From positions 63,614 to 127,613 of the forward strand of contig JACKAF010000002.1 in NCBI GenBank assembly GCA_020635235.1: 64,000 bases of DNA, given 5' to 3'. Every line of letters begins with the position of its first letter. Positions within the stretch are counted from its first letter, which is position 1. Below the pieces are notes generated by a model. The model saw only the letters and a program-made list of their open reading frames with translations. It did no database searches and was not told where the DNA came from. Origin of the DNA: Pseudobdellovibrionaceae bacterium (GTDB taxonomy: Bacteria; Bdellovibrionota; FAC87; UBA2466; JACKAF01). Shown here piece by piece: positions 60,035 to 64,000 of the stretch. The position numbers and the translations under genes were made by a program.

Positions 60035-62284
60035 ATGGCAAAGATCGAAACTACAAAAGAACTTGTTGAATCAGCTTACAAGAAGATGGAAGAGCGCATC
60101 GCTCTTGTTAAGAAAAGGGTGAACCGGCCTTATACCCTCGCCGAGAAAATCCTGTTCGGTCATTTGCACGATCCCGCAACGCAGGAACTCAAAGCGGGTG
60201 AGAGTATTTTACAACTGCACCCCGATCGAGTGGCGATGCAGGACGCTACGGCCCAGATGGCCATGCTTCAGTTTTTGTGTACTGGTAAAAGCCAAACGGC
60301 AGTTCCTACAACAGTGCATTGCGATCATCTCATTCGGGCACACGTTGGGGCGAGCGACGATATGAAGACAGCGCTCGACGAGAACCGAGAGGTGTACGAG
60401 TTTCTCCGTTCGGCCTCTAGCCGCTGCGGGATCGGTTTTTGGGAGCCGGGAGCCGGTATCATCCATCAAGTCGTCCTTGAGAAGTACGCCTTTCCGGGCC
60501 TACTGATGATCGGAACCGATTCCCACACGCCCAATGCGGGTGGTTTGGGTGGTCTTGCGATCGGCGTAGGTGGTGCCGACGCGGTGGATGTCATGGCAGG
60601 TTTCCCGTGGGAGGTTAAGTACCCGAAGTTAGTAGGCGTGCACCTTACCGGAGAGATGAAGGGCTGGACCGCCCCCAAAGACGTCATTTGTAAGTTGCTG
60701 GGAATTTTGACCACCAAGGGTGGTACGAACCGCATCATCGAATATTTTGGACCAGGTGCGCGCACTATTAGTTGCACGGGTAAGGGCACGATCACCAACA
60801 TGGGTGCGGAACTTGGGGCCACCACCTCCGTTTTTCCCTATGACGATCGTATGAGCCGGTACCTTCGTTCTACGGAGCGAGCCGATTTGGCAGAACTGGC
60901 GGAGAAGAATAAGGCGTTGCTAGTCGCCGATCCCGAAGTGGAAGCGAACCCTTCCAAATACTACGATCAGATAGTGGAGATTGATCTTTCCACTCTGGAA
61001 CCGCAGGTAGTCGGACCGCACTCTCCTGATGTGGCGCGCGGTATTTCGGAATTGGGGCCCCAGGTAAAAGAGAACGGCTGGCCGGAGAAGTTGACGGCGG
61101 CACTCATCGGCAGCTGCACCAACTCCTCTTATGAGGATATTTCCCGTGCAACAGATTTGGCAAAGCAGGCCGTGAAAGCGGGGCTCAAGATTAACATTCC
61201 TTTCTTGGTAACGCCGGGATCGGACCAAGTCTTTCAAACCATCAAGCGGGATGGGCAGCTGGAAGCCCTCGAGGCCATTGGGGCAAAGGTTTTGGCCAAT
61301 GCGTGCGGGCCTTGCATCGGGCAATGGCGGCGAGACGATTACAAAAAAGGCGAGCGCAACTCTATTGTGAGTTCCTTTAATCGCAATTTTCGGGGTCGGA
61401 ACGACGGGAATCCCGAAACCTTGTCTTTTTTGACGAGTCCGGAAATTGTTCTGGCTCTCGGGTTGGCCGGAAACCTGACCTTCAATCCGCTTAAGGACGA
61501 TATCAACGGGACCAAACTTGAGGCCCCAGCACCCGCTCCGGATGTGCCGGAAAAGGGCTTTGTTCTATCTTATACCGGCTACGTTGAGCCGGGCGGCGGA
61601 TCAACCGACGTTAGCGTAAATCCAAAGAGCGAACGGATTCAGCTGTTACAACCTTTTGCCCCTTGGGATGGAAAAGATCTCGTGGAGTTGCCTCTACTCT
61701 TGAAAGCGAAAGGCAAATGCACCACGGATCACATTTCTCCGGCGGGCGTGTGGCTGAAGTTCCGCGGGCATCTCGACAATATCAGTGACAACATGTTTAC
61801 GGGAGCGACCAACTTCTTTGGAGAAGGGATCGGGACTGGAAAGAATCTTCTGACCGGTGAAAAGAACCAACCTGTTCCGCAAATTGCCCGCGCTTACAAG
61901 TCCAAGGGGCTGCGGTGGGTAGTGGTCGGCGACGAAAACTACGGCGAAGGCAGTAGCCGTGAACACGCTGCGATGTCTCCCCGCTTTTTAGGCGGAGCGG
62001 CGGTCCTGGTGAAGAGTTTTGCGCGTATCCACGAAACTAATTTGAAGAAGCAAGGGATCTTGCCGCTTACATTTGTAAACCCTGCCGACTACGATCGCGT
62101 GCAAGAAGACGATCGCGTGAGTATTTTGGGCCTCTCACAGCTCGCGCCGAACAAGGATTTGCGCGTCGTACTTAAACACGCCGACGGCAAGACCGACGAG
62201 ATCATGGTTCACCACTCGCTGACTAGCGAGCAAATTGGGTGGTTCAAGGCCGGATCTTCTTTGAATATTATTTCCGGCAAATAG
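60035..62284 (+). CDS. acn: Aconitate hydratase, mitochondrial type (about 750 aa)
   Basis: The sequence is collinear with my recollection of animal ACO2, including '[18 protein letters not shown]', '[14 protein letters not shown]', '[12 protein letters not shown]', '[11 protein letters not shown]' and '[14 protein letters not shown]'. I placed the start at ATG 60035. Confidence 0.9.
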   Translation: [749 protein letters not shown]

Positions 62285-63022
62285 CTACGGCGATTCGGAG
62301 TATCGGCGAAAGAGGGTTCCCCAGCTAAGGAGCGCCCTGGAAATCCTTCCTCCAATTTTTTGACCCAGAGTTCTTTTTCGACGACGGGGTTTAGCGCCCA
62401 GCAGTGCATCCACTTCTGGAGTTAGCTCTAGTTGGCCGTGGTAGGCGTGAAGAATGTGCGCCAAGTATTGGGCTTCGCGATCTAAATCATGGAAAAAAAG
62501 GGCCGGGGGTTCTTCTCCCTTCCAATAATGTCCAGTGTCCCCGTTGGCAAACGCGCTGAAGCCGGTCACGAATAGGCGTTCAGGTCGAAACCATTCCTTT
62601 ACGAGGTAGAGGGCGTAGAGCCCGGTGGTTAGTGGTCGGATGCGGTGGGCCTTGGGACCGGGAAGAACGTCCGGCACCCAGCTGAATAGGACCGGACAGC
62701 CGGCCGCCCATTCTAAAAAGTGATCAGGGGGTGTGTTGCGATCTCGCGGTGTGAGTAAGCAGACGATAGCTTTGGGCCGGAGTGTGCTCGCGGGTGGCGG
62801 GCTTTTTGCGAGGCTGTTCGCGATATTTGCGAAGAGAAGATCGGTGCGGTTTCCGACCGCCGTTTCATAACCGGATGTGCGGGCCTCATTAAAGCGAATG
62901 ACCAAGTCAGCGGCGTCGATCCGCGATCCTGCACGCCAATTTAGAACGCTGGCTCCGTTGCCGACCACCGCAATGGAGCGCGGATTGTTGGACAGCAGGT
63001 CATGCGGGAAAAGTACCTTCAA
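62285..63022 (-). CDS. Glycosyltransferase family 29 (animal-type sialyltransferase)-like protein
   Basis: The L motif is 'IAVVGNGASVL...GSRIDAADLVIRFNEARTSGYETAVGNRTDLLF'. The S motif is 'PLTTGLYALYLVKEWFRPERLFVTGF'. Motif III is 'GHYW'. The VS-like motif is 'HDLDRE'. Confidence 0.65.
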   Translation of the reverse strand: MKVLFPHDLLSNNPRSIAVVGNGASVLNWRAGSRIDAADLVIRFNEARTSGYETAVGNRTDLLFANIANSLAKSPPPASTLRPKAIVCLLTPRDRNTPPDHFLEWAAGCPVLFSWVPDVLPGPKAHRIRPLTTGLYALYLVKEWFRPERLFVTGFSAFANGDTGHYWKGEEPPALFFHDLDREAQYLAHILHAYHGQLELTPEVDALLGAKPRRRKRTLGQKIGGRISRALLSWGTLFRRYSESP

Positions 63023-64000
63023 TTAGTTTTCCAATGGCCGGTGCGCACGTTCATATTCTTGTTGCGCGCGCGTAAGGCTGTTTCTAAAACGTGCGTTCAA
63101 TTCGGTTCGGTTTTTGAAGTAAAGTTTTTGCCAGCGGACCCAAGACGACAAAGGGCCGGACGGACTGTGGAAATAATCCCGACGTTGCGTAAGTTGCAAG
63201 AGGGGGAAGCTCGCTAGCCGCGCCTGCCATCTTGTATTTAGCGCAAAAGGGGACAGGCCAAGCCGGTAGGGCAGGTAGTGGGTGAACCGGTAAAGACGAT
63301 TCAGCCTAGCCCAGTGCATGCTTTGCTGCAGATACACCGCCTTTTCAAGTCCTGCGCGAAGTTGCGGAGATTGAGGCCCTAGCAGGCAGCACGCTTGATC
63401 CCAAAGTGCCTTGAACTCGTAGTAGCCGTAAGGATCGGGTTGAGAGGTGTGGAAGCTATGCACTGCTTCGGTGGGCTCCGTACTGTGCCGGCACCAGGGC
63501 CCAAGGTTGTGTTTCTTACCTCTATAAATGGCGGGCTCAAAATACAGCGGTACTAGATCCAGATATCCCTGATCATCATAAAAATAGTCTCTTCGGTCGT
63601 GGACGCCATCGTGCAAACAGCGTTCGGACCACCATTTAAGAAAACGTTCACTCCCAGGGCGAGCGCCAAGAAGTCCCGCGTTGAACATGCCGTAACGGTG
63701 CACATCTCGAAGTGAGTCACTCCAGTGCGGGAATAGCAAGATAGAGTGATTGCCGAACTCTTCCAGTAAGGCGCTGGGTGGGCGGAAGAATAGAATGTCC
63801 AGATCACTGTAGAAGACGGGCTGCCGGGTTTGGGTGAGTACGTGATGCAGCAAGCGTCCCTTGGAGGCGAAGGCTTGTTTTGCAAGTGCCAATTGGTTGA
63901 GCCGAGGCCGTTCGTCTGAACTCCAGAGCTCAGACAAGGAAACAAAATTCATGTCGATCGCAGGGAAACGATTTCTCAAAAAATCTTGCAAACCTTTTTG
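63023..64000 (-). CDS. Putative GT-A fold nucleotide-sugar glycosyltransferase (5' end unresolved; frame open to the window edge)
   Basis: 'VFYSDLDILFF' (DxD motif) and 'MFNAGLLGARPG' are present. The track start at 63991 is a TTG, and the frame stays open to nt 64000. Confidence 0.45.
   Translation of the reverse strand, partial: QKGLQDFLRNRFPAIDMNFVSLSELWSSDERPRLNQLALAKQAFASKGRLLHHVLTQTRQPVFYSDLDILFFRPPSALLEEFGNHSILLFPHWSDSLRDVHRYGMFNAGLLGARPGSERFLKWWSERCLHDGVHDRRDYFYDDQGYLDLVPLYFEPAIYRGKKHNLGPWCRHSTEPTEAVHSFHTSQPDPYGYYEFKALWDQACCLLGPQSPQLRAGLEKAVYLQQSMHWARLNRLYRFTHYLPYRLGLSPFALNTRWQARLASFPLLQLTQRRDYFHSPSGPLSSWVRWQKLYFKNRTELNARFRNSLTRAQQEYERAHRPLEN

Overview
This is a gene-dense chromosomal window with about 60 protein-coding genes on both strands. 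I recognised no rRNA, tRNA, CRISPR array, transposase or integrase. All protein calls come from reading the supplied translations and recognising motifs by eye; no database search was run. The paralogous TIGR02147/DUF4423 proteins, a mitochondrial-type aconitase, the PrkA-YeaH-SpoVR triad and many 4-nt gene overlaps suggest a Bdellovibrio-like or other deltaproteobacterial predator-type genome, but that is inference only. Housekeeping blocks are: prkA-yeaH-spoVR plus a REC/GAF protein and glutamate dehydrogenase (1-5.9 kb); nucleobase permease-purA-serA-aminotransferase (8.2-13.7 kb); DUF1805, a Ca-type P-type ATPase and a CaCA exchanger (14-18 kb); folP-folK/folC (21.4-23.9 kb); mce, rhomboid and ftsK (31.8-35.1 kb); an oxidoreductase, a DHH phosphoesterase and panD (49.4-51.9 kb); an FHA-GGDEF protein, a KH protein and sdhCAB (52.5-57.3 kb); and a lytic transglycosylase, a GNAT and aconitase (57.4-62.3 kb). 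Accessory or unusual blocks are listed here. (1) At 6.0-8.2 kb, a DUF692 (MNIO)/DUF2063 pair faces a lipoprotein built from 14 exact C-K-G-K-D-H-type hexads; this is my best candidate for a new RiPP metallophore system. (2) At 18.1-21.3 kb, a coupled MotB/OmpA-like protein sits next to a protein with ExbB/MotA-like topology and a very long acidic tail. (3) At 24.0-27.1 kb, two near-identical TIGR02147 paralogs, each with a sigma-54-type promoter and the same terminator, bracket a GT2 gene. (4) At 35.7-49.3 kb, a glycan-assembly island includes a GT4/Ntn(C45)-like fusion and several genes I cannot assign. (5) At 62.3-64.0 kb, a bacterial protein carries animal-type sialyltransferase (GT29) motifs. 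One 56-aa DUF5989-like ORF (30467-30637) is missing from the supplied ORF track.
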